From the NCBI RefSeq assembly GCF_001194135.2, contig NC_068995.1, positions 4,214,405-4,278,314 of the forward strand: a DNA stretch of 63,910 bases. Reading direction: 5' to 3'. The stretch comes from Octopus bimaculoides (taxonomy: Eukaryota). The number at the start of each line of letters is the position of its first letter. The first letter of the stretch is position 1. Of the stretch, positions 11,453 through 22,385 are shown piece after piece. The translations under genes and the position numbers were made by a program. The notes beneath the pieces are model-generated. The model saw only the letters and a program-made list of their open reading frames with translations, searched no databases and had not been told where the DNA came from.

Positions 11453-12203
11453 GTGAGTGAGGTAGGGGAATTGTATGGATTATTCCAAAGGTGAATTTTA
11501 TGATATGAATGTAATGTTTGCAAGCTTCAAACTTTGTGATGTTAAGACAACGAGTTTTTACAAAAATAATTTCAGCCTATTTTAGTATAGCATTTATTAA
11601 AAAAAATTCAGTTTCGTAGTAAAGTAAATTCAGTTGTTACTTACAGAAAAACAAAATAATTAATAAACTCTAGAGTATAAATAAGCGTATATCTGATCAA
11701 ACAACTGCACAGTATTATACATCTACGTTAATCATTATTTAACTATTTTAGTTTCAGAATTTTTTTATGTAACTCCTTAGGGACATCTATTGTTCATATA
11801 TTCATAGTTTCATCTAAACATAATTATTTATCATTTTATAGATCTAATATACTTAAATTTCTTGTTCTTAAGATTCACGTATTTGTTTAATACATGAAAG
11901 ATTCCGCAAAAAATATTTTAACGTAGAGTTTTTTCCTTACAGCAAAGTTTCTTCGTCGTCTGACATTTAATTCAATTTCTCTCTATTTTTTTTTAGCTCC
12001 TTCTTATCATGTATCTTGAATATAATCCCACACAAAACGTAGCTCGGTGATTTTGAATTTGTTTGCATTTCATCCTCTGTCAACAAGTCTACTCCATCTT
12101 TTACAAATATTTCCATCTCTTCATACGCGTTACCTGGATACACACAGACATATCCATACGCATGCAGTCACACACTTCTAAGATATATATATATATATTA
12201 ATA

Positions 12204-12322
12204 GTTATCGCCAAGCCAACATGGCAGTCCCAAAATTAGGACGAAAGCTGCCGTGAATTAGCTCCAAGAAGCCATCGCCTCTAGCTAGCTATGTGACACA
12301 CGAAACCTGTGTCCTTTATAAC
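12204..12322 (+). repeat. Unclassified structured repeat-like segment followed by (TATAT)n tail (12324-12378)
   Basis: GC-richer island in AT-rich flanks containing the CATGGCAG/CTGCCGTG and GTCC/GGAC stems. Confidence 0.4.
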
Positions 12323-12383
12323 CTATATTATATTATATTATATTATATTATATTATATTATATTATATTATATTATATGAGGT

Positions 12384-12689
12384 TAAAGCTTATAAGCAAT
12401 CACCGTGTATTGACTAAAATCAATAATCTAATACTGGGGCATATAAGCCCTCGATAGAAAAAAAGTGGGTTTTCCATATGCGTAGGACTTGAAACTTAAA
12501 CCTCTGTGTTTTCGTGGCCAGTGGGTATGTTGTTGTAAAACACTGATCGTAAAAGACAAAGGGGTGTAAGTGTAAGTTCGAGTCCTACGCATACGGAAAA
12601 CACACACTTTTCTGTCGAGGTCTTATATGAACCAATATTAGATTTTTTTTTTTTTTGTTCAACGTACGCTGATCGGTTATAAATTTAAG
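12384..12689. mobile_element. Long imperfect inverted repeat (arms about 115 bp, spacer about 73 bp); MITE-like or inverted SINE pair
   Basis: Left arm AATCTAATACTGGGGCATATAAGCCCTCGATAG...GTTTTCCATATGCGTAGGACTTGAAACTTA versus reverse complement of right arm AATCTAATATTGGTTCATATAAGACCTCGACAG...GTTTTCCGTATGCGTAGGACTCGAACTTA. Confidence 0.85.
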
Positions 12690-12772
12690 CTTATAAAGTA
12701 CTTTTATTTACAGAATTGTAAAATTAGGTACTGCTTTTCAAAAGCATCGCAGAAAACACATAGATATGTATG

Positions 12773-12809
<37 letters not shown>

Positions 12810-13093
12810 NNNNNNNNNNNNNNNNNNNNNNNNNNNNNNNNNNNNNNNNNNNNNNNNNNNNNNNNNNNNNNNNNNNNNNNNNNNNNNNNNNNNNNNNNNN
12901 NNNNNNNNNNNNNNNNNNNNNNNNNNNNNNNNNNNNNNNNNNNNNNNNNNNNNNNNNNNNNNNNNNNNNNNNNNNNNNNNNNNNNNNNNNNNNNNNNNNN
13001 NNNNNNNNNNNNNNNNNNNNNNNNNNNNNNNNNNNNNNNNNNNNNNNNNNNNNNNNNNNNNNNNNNNNNNNNNNNNNNNNNNNNNNNNNNNNN

Positions 13094-13142
<49 letters not shown>

Positions 13143-13159
13143 ATGTATATACGGCAGGC

Positions 13160-13375
13160 TACCGAAAATACGAATTCCACTGGGCCGCAGATATTGCAAG
13201 AATTACAGACAATAAATAGGTGGACGGAAATGCAATTTCTGGTCAGTGTCCAGCAGATCGTAAAAGGCCTCATAGACGGTCTACAGGTTGATGGGAACAC
13301 GATTTTATCAAATGATTTGCACTACGATGGAAAACAACACAATCAAGAAAGAATTGGAAACGCATGGAGACCAGC
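13160..13375 (+). mobile_element. RTE-clade LINE, decayed ORF C-terminus
   Basis: Translates KYEFHWAADIARITDN(RWT)...CPADRKRPHRRSTG*WEHDFIK*FALRWKTTQSRKNWKRM, matching the RTE terminal signature WAGHIAR..DNRWT...P..KR..GRP..RW.D......W...A..R..W. Confidence 0.82.
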
Positions 13376-13410
13376 GATAATATACCGAAATCGATACAAG
13401 CCTGTCGATA

Positions 13411-13585
13411 CATGCCTGTCTGTGTGGTAACAAGCTCGCTTTCTAGTAACATGGTTTCAGCTCCAGTTCTACTGCGTAGAGCCTTAGGCAGGTGTCTTCT
13501 ATTATAAACACAAGTCGACCAAAGCCTTCTAAGTGAGTACGGTCAGAGAAAATTGAGATACGGTAGAAGGAAATCCGTGTACATA
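13411..13585 (+). mobile_element. SINE family A, 5' half, decayed
   Basis: TCTGTGTGGTAACAAGCTCGC...CCTTAGGCAGGTGTCTTCTATTATA...GTCGACCAAAGCCTT. Confidence 0.8.
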
Positions 13586-13619
13586 TGCGTGTGCAAGTGT
13601 GTACGTTTGTTCGTATGTA

Positions 13620-13815
13620 CAAGGGGTATTGAAAAGTTCCCGGCAATGGATAAAAGAAAATACAGGAGGATCAACATATTGCCCTCTCAGATCCACACAC
13701 TTATTGCAGGGCTCCTTCAGTTTTTCCAAGCCCTGTAAAAGAACTCGGAATGTTGGGCCTCAACCAGGCCTTTCATGATACCCGTAAAGACGGTAACATT
13801 TCAGCACCCTTCTCG
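13620..13815 (-). mobile_element. Mariner (Tc1/mariner) mini-element, 196 bp, TA target duplication, retaining the transposase C-terminus
   Basis: TA|CAAGGGGTATTGAAAAGTT at the left end and AACATTTCAGCACCCTTCTCG|TA at the right end are inverted termini. The minus strand encodes LQGLEKLKEPCNKCVDLRGQYVD (cf. mariner end GIEKL..RW.KCV...GDYVE). Confidence 0.88.
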
Positions 13816-14256
13816 TATGTATATTATACACACACTCACTCTCACTCATACACACAAACACAAAGCACACGCACATTCAAATACACACATACACATAGAT
13901 AAATATATATATACATACATACAAACATTCATATATACATGCATAAATGCATGCATACATACATACGTACATACATACATACACACATACATATATGCAT
14001 GCATACATACATTCAGACATACATAAATACATCCATCCATACATACATACGTACATGCATACATACAAGCATACATGCACACATACATAATTATAAAACA
14101 AGACTGGAGAGTTTGGTTTGCTCTGAGATAATTTACTTAGAAGAACCATGCACCTGATTCCAAAATAAACTCAGATGACGTGAATGTGTAATAAATACGT
14201 AAAGCCAGGCTTATATATACATATGTGTGTGTAGTGTGTGAGTTTGTGTGTGTGTA

Positions 14257-14305
<49 letters not shown>

Positions 14306-15351
14306 GTACATATGTACACACATAGACGGTTACTAACTACGCAAATGGTTGAATAAGGCATAAGATAAAACTTGAGGTACACGTCAGCTCGAATTTTACA
14401 ATAGATTTGTATCTAGTCTCATGCTTGAAATGACCTTCATGAGATGTGTTTTTGTTATTCTTGAAGTTGCATTAAAATAATAATCTCATTCAACTCATGA
14501 CAATTCTATTTTGTGGTAATTACATCTTGAGTCCATATCTTGTCGGTAAATACATTGTCGTCTGCCAAATCTATCGTCTGTAACTGTATCAATGAATGCT
14601 TTTAAATATTTTAGTTATTGTTTTTTCTTTGTTATGTTTTTTTGCCAAAGAAAGACATCGCATTTCATTGATTATACAAATGAAATTGAAATACAAAAAT
14701 TATATAATGTGAAATATATTCAATTTATTCAATATAAACAAATCAAAGTTAATTTTGAAAACAGAATCTCGAAACAATGCAGCAAACATTCTAAATTGAA
14801 AGAGGAGAGAAATAATCTACAACGACATATTACAAACACTGCCTCTTAAATGATCCATGTTTTTTTGCGATTTTGAAATTCATGTTCTATAGTTTAGTGT
14901 CTCGTTAGAGTTTCTTTGTCTTTGCATCTTTTTGATTCTCTTTGTCTTAAAACGACCACGACCGAGAAGTGTTTTCCCATCGTCTCGCCAAGCATCTCAC
15001 CTGGTATGTTCCGTTATTATTTCTATCCTTGATTGTTCTATTTGAAGATTTATTAATATATTCAGTTTGTTGTTTGGAATGTCACGATTAATTCGCCACA
15101 TGACAGCAGCAAACGGTCACAATTGTTCGTCTTAGAGGTAACTTCCAGGGCTGCAGCGGAGGAATTGCAGTGAAAAATTAAAATTGCAGTGAATTTAGTA
15201 AAATTGCAGCATCGGCAAAACGCTATGCTTCGTCAGATTCTTTAAATTCTAAGTTCAACACTCGTCAAGGTAAACATTACTTCCATGCTTCCGGGTCTAT
15301 GAAATATTCGACCAGAGAAGTACCTTGAGTGATTATATTAATATACATCCC

Positions 15352-15572
15352 AAGGCCGCGAGCAAGCAGAATCGGTAGCACGCCGGGCAAAATGTTTTGC
15401 GGCATTTCGTCCGTCTTTAAGTTCTGGGTTCAAATTTCGCCAAGATCGACTTTGCCTTTTCATCCTTTCGGAGTCGATAAAAAAAGGTACCAGTTGAGTA
15501 CTGGGGCCGATGTAATCGACTCATCCCCTCCCCCAAAATTGCTGCCCTTGTGGCAAAATTTGAAACCATATT
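15352..15572 (+). mobile_element. SINE family B, full length
   Basis: GCAGAATCGGTAGCACGCCGGGCAAAATG...GTTCTGGGTTCAAATTTCGCC...CCTTTCGGAGTCGAT...CTTGTGGCAAAATTTGAAACC. Confidence 0.92.
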
Positions 15573-15605
15573 GATATACATCCTCCCATAAAAATTACAG
15601 GTGTC

Positions 15606-16010
15606 ATTTCGTTGGTTCGTTATTCAACTGCGCCCATACTGGGGCAGAGCTTCGAAGAATCTTCACTCAAGTGAATCGTCTTCAGTCTTTTTATTTTTAA
15701 ACCTGGTACCCACTTTATCAGAAACTTTTGCCGTACCACTATTATCCGGGGCCGTAACACGTCAACACCGGTTGTCAAGCACTAGAGGGGGACAAACACA
15801 GACAAACACAAAGACACAAAAACACACACAGACAAACACAAACACACAAACACAAACACATACATACATGAGGGGCTCGTTTCAGTTTCCGTTTATCAAA
15901 TCCGTCCAGAATATATTAGACTAGAAAACAGTTGCCTAATTTGCAACGCAAAGGGACGGAACCCAGAACCATGGTGTTGGGAAGTAAACGTCTTGCCACA
16001 CAGCCCCGCA
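15606..16010 (-). mobile_element. SINE family A, full length, decayed
   Basis: Tail CTGCGCCCATACTGGGGCA, (CA)-rich centre 15795-15868, head GAACCCAGAACCATGGTGTTGGGAAG...CCACACAGCC. Confidence 0.82.
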
Positions 16011-16038
16011 TTCAAGTAGAAAAACTATGCAGGGTTAC

Positions 16039-16287
16039 GCAGAGGTGACGCGTATGCGTATCAATATCTGTTTATCGAAACCCACTTGATGTGCATCGGC
16101 GCATGACGTGGATGCATTGAATGGTCACGTGATGAATGTCGATATCGGTAACATACATCAATATCCATGTACCCAGGAGGTAGGGAAATCGTTAAATTCG
16201 AACACCTTCTGCCATGCATATCCAAATTGATATATTTATCATCTAACATTCATTTCAATGGTTTTCTGGGGTGGGGGTCACCTCTGC
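16039..16287. mobile_element. Possible small TIR element (11-bp perfect inverted ends GCAGAGGTGAC)
   Basis: GCAGAGGTGAC at 16039-16049 and GTCACCTCTGC at 16277-16287. No target duplication found. Confidence 0.35.
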
Positions 16288-16801
16288 AATTTAGACGGCT
16301 AATGAAGGTTCCATATTGATAATTAAGGACCACCTGTGGTCAAAATCCTGACTATGGTTGTGATAGGAATCTGATATGCAGGTGTGATAATGGAACAATA
16401 TTTTTCGTTGGCTGATGTCTGGGGTGCGAGAAAAATATATGGATTGATGTCAGTTGGGATACAACACATACGCACGTGCACGCACGCACTCACGCACGCA
16501 TGCAAGCAAGCAAGCAAGCACGCGCATACATGCATACATGTATATTCACACAAACATATATATAAGCACAAGACACACACACACACACACATATATATAT
16601 ATGTCGGTATGAATATATGAATATATACATAATTTATGTTTGTATGTAAACGCTTTTAAACACAGGAAATCCGACTACATACTTTCGTGCGTACCTTCTC
16701 TTTTTCTACCTTTCTGAATCACTCCTCTCTCTGTCTCTATTTCTTTCTCTCTCTCTCTCTCTTTCTATTTGTCTCTATATGCATGTGTGTATGTATGTAT
16801 G

Positions 16802-16845
<44 letters not shown>

Positions 16846-16892
16846 TATGTATGTACATATATAAATATATATATATATATATGTATATATGC

Positions 16893-16986
<94 letters not shown>

Positions 16987-17597
16987 ATTTACACACACTA
17001 TCTATTTATCTACCTATCTACGTATGTGAATGTGTGAGTATGGATTTGTGTGCTCTTTATATACATATATAAGAAACACAATTAAGGCTTTAGGAAGTTA
17101 CGCAACCGAGAATTAAAATTATTTAATTACTTCGTTTCAACATCCTATATATTTCGATTTTAGCTCAATTTTAAACGACTGCATTATACTGAAAGAGTGA
17201 AACACTGCTGCTTGTCACGAAATAACATAAGATAATTAACGAATATATATATGTATACACACACATTATATAAATGTATTTATGTATGTATATGTGTATA
17301 TACATACATATATACATACATACATACATACATACATACATACATACTTGCGTACATAAACTTATGTATGATATAGCGAGTTAATAAACTCGAAGGCTAC
17401 TGTCAAAGTAAGGGATTTTAACGCGCTAAGTTGCCGAAAAGGAATATTATTTATTAAATTGTCTCGTTATAAGCTAGCAGCATAATGCAAGCTTCCTACA
17501 TTTATTAGGCTCAAGTTTTACCCCCAAGAATTTATTAGAAAAGTACTGCTGCTCTGAGCTCACAATTGTACTGTAGTCTCTATTTACAGGACCCGAA

Positions 17598-17780
17598 TGC
17601 TGGTGTGTTTGCGTCCCATTAACTTCGCATTTTGTCAAAAGCGATCGATAGAGTAACTACCAGGCTTAAAACAAAATAAGCACTGGAGTCGATTCATTCG
17701 ACTAAAAATTCAAGGTGGAACCCCAGCATGGCCGTAGTTTAATTATTGAAGCATGTAAACGATAAAAAGATAAAAGAAAA
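17598..17780 (+). mobile_element. SINE family A, 3' half
   Basis: GCTGGTGTGTTTGCGTCCC...CTGGAGTCGATTCATTCGACTAAAA...CCCCAGCATGGCCGTAGT...AAAGATAAAAG. Confidence 0.82.
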
Positions 17781-18363
17781 ATACACATAGACACAAACAC
17801 ACACACGTATATATATATATACACGTATATATAATACTTTTGCGGCTGAAAATAGCTTTGTATTGTTAATTATACACTGATATAAAGCTTGAAACACGTG
17901 TACCGCAGAATACATTACCTAGTTAATTTCTATGTCAGAAAAAGCATTTTCTTGTTTCTGTTTTTGCGATATTAGTTTTAAAACATCGGAAAGCATTACT
18001 AAGTGCACTATTAAGATTAGGTAAAAATATAAATTTAATCTTTGGATAAAGTGATCCGGGATTAACTATTAACTGTGACCGAGATGATATAAACAGATCG
18101 AAACTCCGCGGTGGCTCACCGTTTCACGTAACACAATGAAACGAAGTGTACTATAGACACACATCGTCTGGAAGGAGACGTTGTTCTCTTTATAGGCAAA
18201 CTCGAACAGCGGTTGACGTACTCACGTTCACATCAGCGACAGCTGATATCCGTGTATATGACGATTTCTCAGAGAAATTGTAGCTTTCGGAAAACACGGT
18301 CTTGATGATTCTCGTTCTCATTGATTATGACATAAAAAATATGTGTTCATATTTGTTTAAAAG

Positions 18364-18976
18364 CAGTTGTTCTCAACAGGGGTCCATTTAACACTCGGGG
18401 CTTCATATAACACTCGGTGGTGCATGTGACATTTCATATAAGGGTCTACATAAGATTTGTTGCTAAAACTTTAACATTAAAACCGGCGATACAAATCCCA
18501 AACATTCTATGTTCAAAATTGCCACACCTACCTTCCATGTCATTCTAAAAATAAACAAACTCATCATCATAAATCTCAAAGCTACGAGGTAACGCACGAT
18601 TAATTCAACATATTGTGAAATAAATAAGCATTTCAGTTCACAGATTAATCTGAATTCTAAAGGATTAATGTTTAAGAGCAATAAATTATTTCGTTTTTGT
18701 GGTTTACAAGATTCTGTTATGCATAAATAAGTAAATGAGTGGAAATCGAACCGGTATGTTAATTAACAAGACATTCAAACGGAATGATTTTCCCTAGAAG
18801 CAATAAATCAGTTATACTTTTATAATACACAAAATAATTTAACAACTTTTCTTGCATCTCATTAATAATACCTAATTATAAAAATAAACGTAGAATTAAT
18901 TTTACGATGGGGGTCTATCAGAGTAAATTAGGAAATGAAAGGGATCGATTGGCAAAAAATGGTTGAGAAACTCTTT
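18364..18976. mobile_element. hAT-type (Charlie/MER5-like termini) non-autonomous DNA transposon
   Basis: Left end CAGTTGTTCTCAACAGGGGTCC, right end AAAAAATGGTTGAGAAACTCT; flanks TTTAAAAG and TTTTAAAG resemble an 8-bp NTTTAAAN target duplication; GGGGTC/GGGTCT subterminal motifs near both ends. Confidence 0.65.
18464..18668. mobile_element. Probable TTAA-type (piggyBac-like) MITE nested in the hAT element
   Basis: Right end AATTCTAAAGGATTAA (reverse complement TTAATCCTTTAGAATT); left end decayed to TAAAACTTTAACATT. Confidence 0.45.
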
Positions 18977-19045
18977 TTTTAAAGGGCCATAGGGACAATA
19001 TTTGTTTATAGCATGAGCGAATAAGCTTTTTGCAGATGCATAAAC

Positions 19046-19115
19046 GCAGGCTTGGCTGTGTGGTAAGCAGCTTGTTTCCCAATTGGATGGTTTTGGGTTC
19101 GGTCCCACTGCGTGG
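19046..19115 (+). mobile_element. SINE family A, head only
   Basis: GCAGGCTTGGCTGTGTGGTAAGCAGCTTGTTTCCCAA...GGGTTCGGTCCCACTGCGTGG. Confidence 0.85.
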
Positions 19116-19466
19116 GTAACTTATTTTAGTTTTCATGTATTCATCTATTTTTGTGTGCTTCGCAAATTCCTTCTCAGATCTCTGTTTTTTTTTATCAGCG
19201 GTGGAGAAAAAACTGCGTTTATACACTTACTTACGCCGCTGTGAGGGCAGTAAAATCTAATAACGCTTACTTCCGACTGGACCCTAGGGAGCAGCTGACT
19301 AAGAACTCTACCTCACCTCCTACACACACACACACACCGAGGAATTGTACTCGGAGAAGATGAACGGAATAATCGGCCGATTGTTAACAAAGTGCTAAGA
19401 GTTGCGTGAATTGGTAAGTGACAATACACCAAAATCTGAAATTTCTGCCAATTATATATATATATA

Positions 19467-19512
<46 letters not shown>

Positions 19513-19857
19513 CGTCTGAATATGTATGTATGTATACACACACGTACATACACAGCACATGTATAACGTATTGTTTTATATCGCTCAATATATTGTTGCA
19601 TACGTAAAATGCTACATGTGTAAAACATAGGCGGATAGCGTTGGCACACAAGACTGTTTGGACGTGTGGCAGGGTTTATAAAAAATGGTGTGGTACTTAT
19701 CAAAGTATGTATGTATGTATGTATGTATATATGTATGTATGTACGTACGTACGTATGTATGTATGTATCAAGGAATTTATCTGATCTAGTACTGACATAC
19801 AAATATACATGTCGGTATATTTATGTTTTTTTATTCTGTTGTTTTCTTTCATCACTT

Positions 19858-19970
19858 CCTTTACTCATTTCACTAGGGCCATACTGGAGCACTACCTTAA
19901 AGGGTTTTTTTCTCAAACAAATCAACTCCAGGACTTAATCTTTGTAAGTCTAGTACTTGTCGTATCAGTC
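19858..19970 (-). mobile_element. SINE family A, 3' end
   Basis: GGCCATACTGGAGCACTACC...AATCAACTCCAGGACTTAATCTTTGTAAGTCTAGTACTT. Confidence 0.8.
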
Positions 19971-20219
19971 TAAGAATTTACATATACTGATTAATAAATA
20001 CACCAGCGGATATGTTAGTAGAGAGATAGACAGATATTCAAACATATATAAATAAATGAATAAAGAAATAGACAGATAGATTAAATAGGTAGATAGATTG
20101 ATAGATATATGTATAGAGGGAGTGAGAGAGAGAGAGAGAGAGATTGACACATGCATTTACGTATATATATTTACGAGTGTATATTATGTATATCTATGTG
20201 TATGCATGCAGATGTATTC

Positions 20220-20264
<45 letters not shown>

Positions 20265-21060
20265 CATACACACGAATCGATATATACACAGATATAAGTT
20301 TGAGCATTTTTCCATACGTAATTCTGCACCAATAAAATATGCATAATGTGCCACTTATGTACGGTTGAAGTGTACATCGATATAGCTGCACGCACTGATG
20401 TCCATCTCCACGCGCACACGCACACACACAAGCACACACATACACACGCACACTCACACACATACTCACACGCAAACACATGTGACAGTAATATATTTTA
20501 CTATCAACAGCGTAATCTTCACTAGCGGTAGCCATTCCACATTAGCCATAAATATATAATTGTTTCTGCACACGAACCGTATTACCGCATAAAGAAACAT
20601 GAATGCACTCAGGCATATGGCCTTGTATCTATCGATATACATCACACATATATGTGTGTATGTCTACGTGTGTGTATGTGTGTGTTTGTCTGTAGATGTG
20701 TGTGTTTGTTTTAAACAGTAAATGTGTTATTGCGTCTTTGTGTTTGCTGATGAACGTCCTGCGTGTGGGCGTTTTCTTTCCAACGATTTTCTCTAAGTGT
20801 CCACACCATCAACACAAAAGCTACGCAGTCAGGAGTCTCGACTCTATGCTCCTACAGTTTCTATTGACTCGGTATATCCCGTTATAGAAATTCTAATAAA
20901 TCCTTGGTGGAATTTGAAATTTGAATGGAATTTGAAACACGAAATCAGAACACCGAACCGATTAAGAAAAAATCCGTTCCGTAGAATTCCCTTCTGTTTT
21001 TTTAAATTCTGATATTTATTTCAGTCAAAGATGCAGGCAAAAATGGGAAGATTTTGGTGT

Positions 21061-21225
21061 GAGGTAGGCGTGGCTATGTGGTAAGTAACTTGATTACCAA
21101 CCGCATGGTTCCGGATTCAGTTCCACTGCATGGCACCTTGGGCAAGTGTCTTCTACTATAGCATTCGGCCGACCAAAGCATTGTGATTGGATTTGGTAGA
21201 GGAAACTGAAAGAAGCCCATCGTCA
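21061..21225 (+). mobile_element. SINE family A, 5' half
   Basis: GGCGTGGCTATGTGGTAAG...GCATGGCACCTTGGGCAAGTGTCTTCTACTATAGC...GGAAACTGAAAGAAGCCCATCGT. Confidence 0.92.
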
Positions 21226-22262
21226 CTGCTACTAGAACATTAATAACTTGTATAAAATGAACTTCTACATAGACCCTTCCAATATATATAGAAATGACAC
21301 ACACACACTCAACAAAACTTCCTTTCTAAAAAACACTTACAGCTTTCTAGATACGGCTAATAGCGCGGATGCCACAAACAACGTATGTGGTGGAATGTTT
21401 GCTTATAAAAACTTGTATATGCACACATGGGAGTAAGGGGACATCCGAGTAAGATTGTGCACACGAACCCACACATATATATGCATTGGAGTGTCTATAG
21501 CTACCTATTTATAACGTTTGTAGGCTCTTTGTGTGCCTTGTNNNNNNNNNNNNNNNNNNNNNNNNNNNNNNNNNNNNNNNNNNNNNNNNNNNNNNNNNNN
21601 NNNNNNNNNNNNNNNNNNNNNNNNNNNNNNNNNNNNNNNNNNNNNNNNNNNNNNNNNNNNNNNNNNNNNNNNNNNNNNNNNNNNNNNNNNNNNNNNNNNN
21701 NNNNNNNNNNNNNNNNNNNNNNNNNNNNNNNNNNNNNNNNNNNNNNNNNNNNNNNNNNNNNNNNNNNNNNNNNNNNNNNNNNNNNNNNNNNNNNNNNNNN
21801 NNNNNNNNNNNNNNNNNNNNNNNNNNNNNNNNNNNNNNNNNNNNNNNNNNNNNNNNNNNNNNNNNNNNNNNNNNNNNNNNNNNNNNNNNNNNNNNNNNNN
21901 NNNNNNNNNNNNNNNNNNNNNNNNNNNNNNNNNNNNNNNNNNNNNNNNNNNNNNNNNNNNNNNNNNNNNNNNNNNNNNNNNNNNNNNNNNNNNNNNNNNN
22001 NNNNNNNNNNNNNNNNNNNNNNNNNNNNNNNNNNNNNNNNNNNNNNNNNNNNNNNNNNNNNNNNNNNNNNNNNNNNNNNNNNNNNNNNNNNNNNNNNNNN
22101 NNNNNNNNNNNNNNNNNNNNNNNNNNNNNNNNNNNNNNNNNNNNNNNNNNNNNNNNNNNNNNNNNNNNNNNNNNNNNNNNNNNNNNNNNNNNNNNNNNNN
22201 NNNNNNNNNNNNNNNNNNNNNNNNNNNNNNNNNNNNNNNNNNNNNNNNNNNNNNNNNNNNNN

Positions 22263-22296
<34 letters not shown>

Positions 22297-22311
22297 GCAT
22301 ATACATTTATA

Positions 22312-22385
22312 TGTTTGTGCGTCTGTTTACTTCCCCTAACATCGCTTGACAACCGTTGTTGGTGTGCTTAAGTCCCCATAACCTT
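22312..22385 (+). mobile_element. SINE family A, start of the 3' module
   Basis: CATCGCTTGACAACCGTTGTTGGTGTGCTTAAGTCCCCATAAC follows (TA)n exactly as in full copies. Confidence 0.75.

Noticed and set aside
14651-14849. 65-codon frame after a polypyrimidine tract (KTSHFIDYTNEIEIQK...)
   Set aside because: K/I/N/Y-rich composition is expected from AT-rich DNA, the acceptor is AAG, and no homology was recognised.
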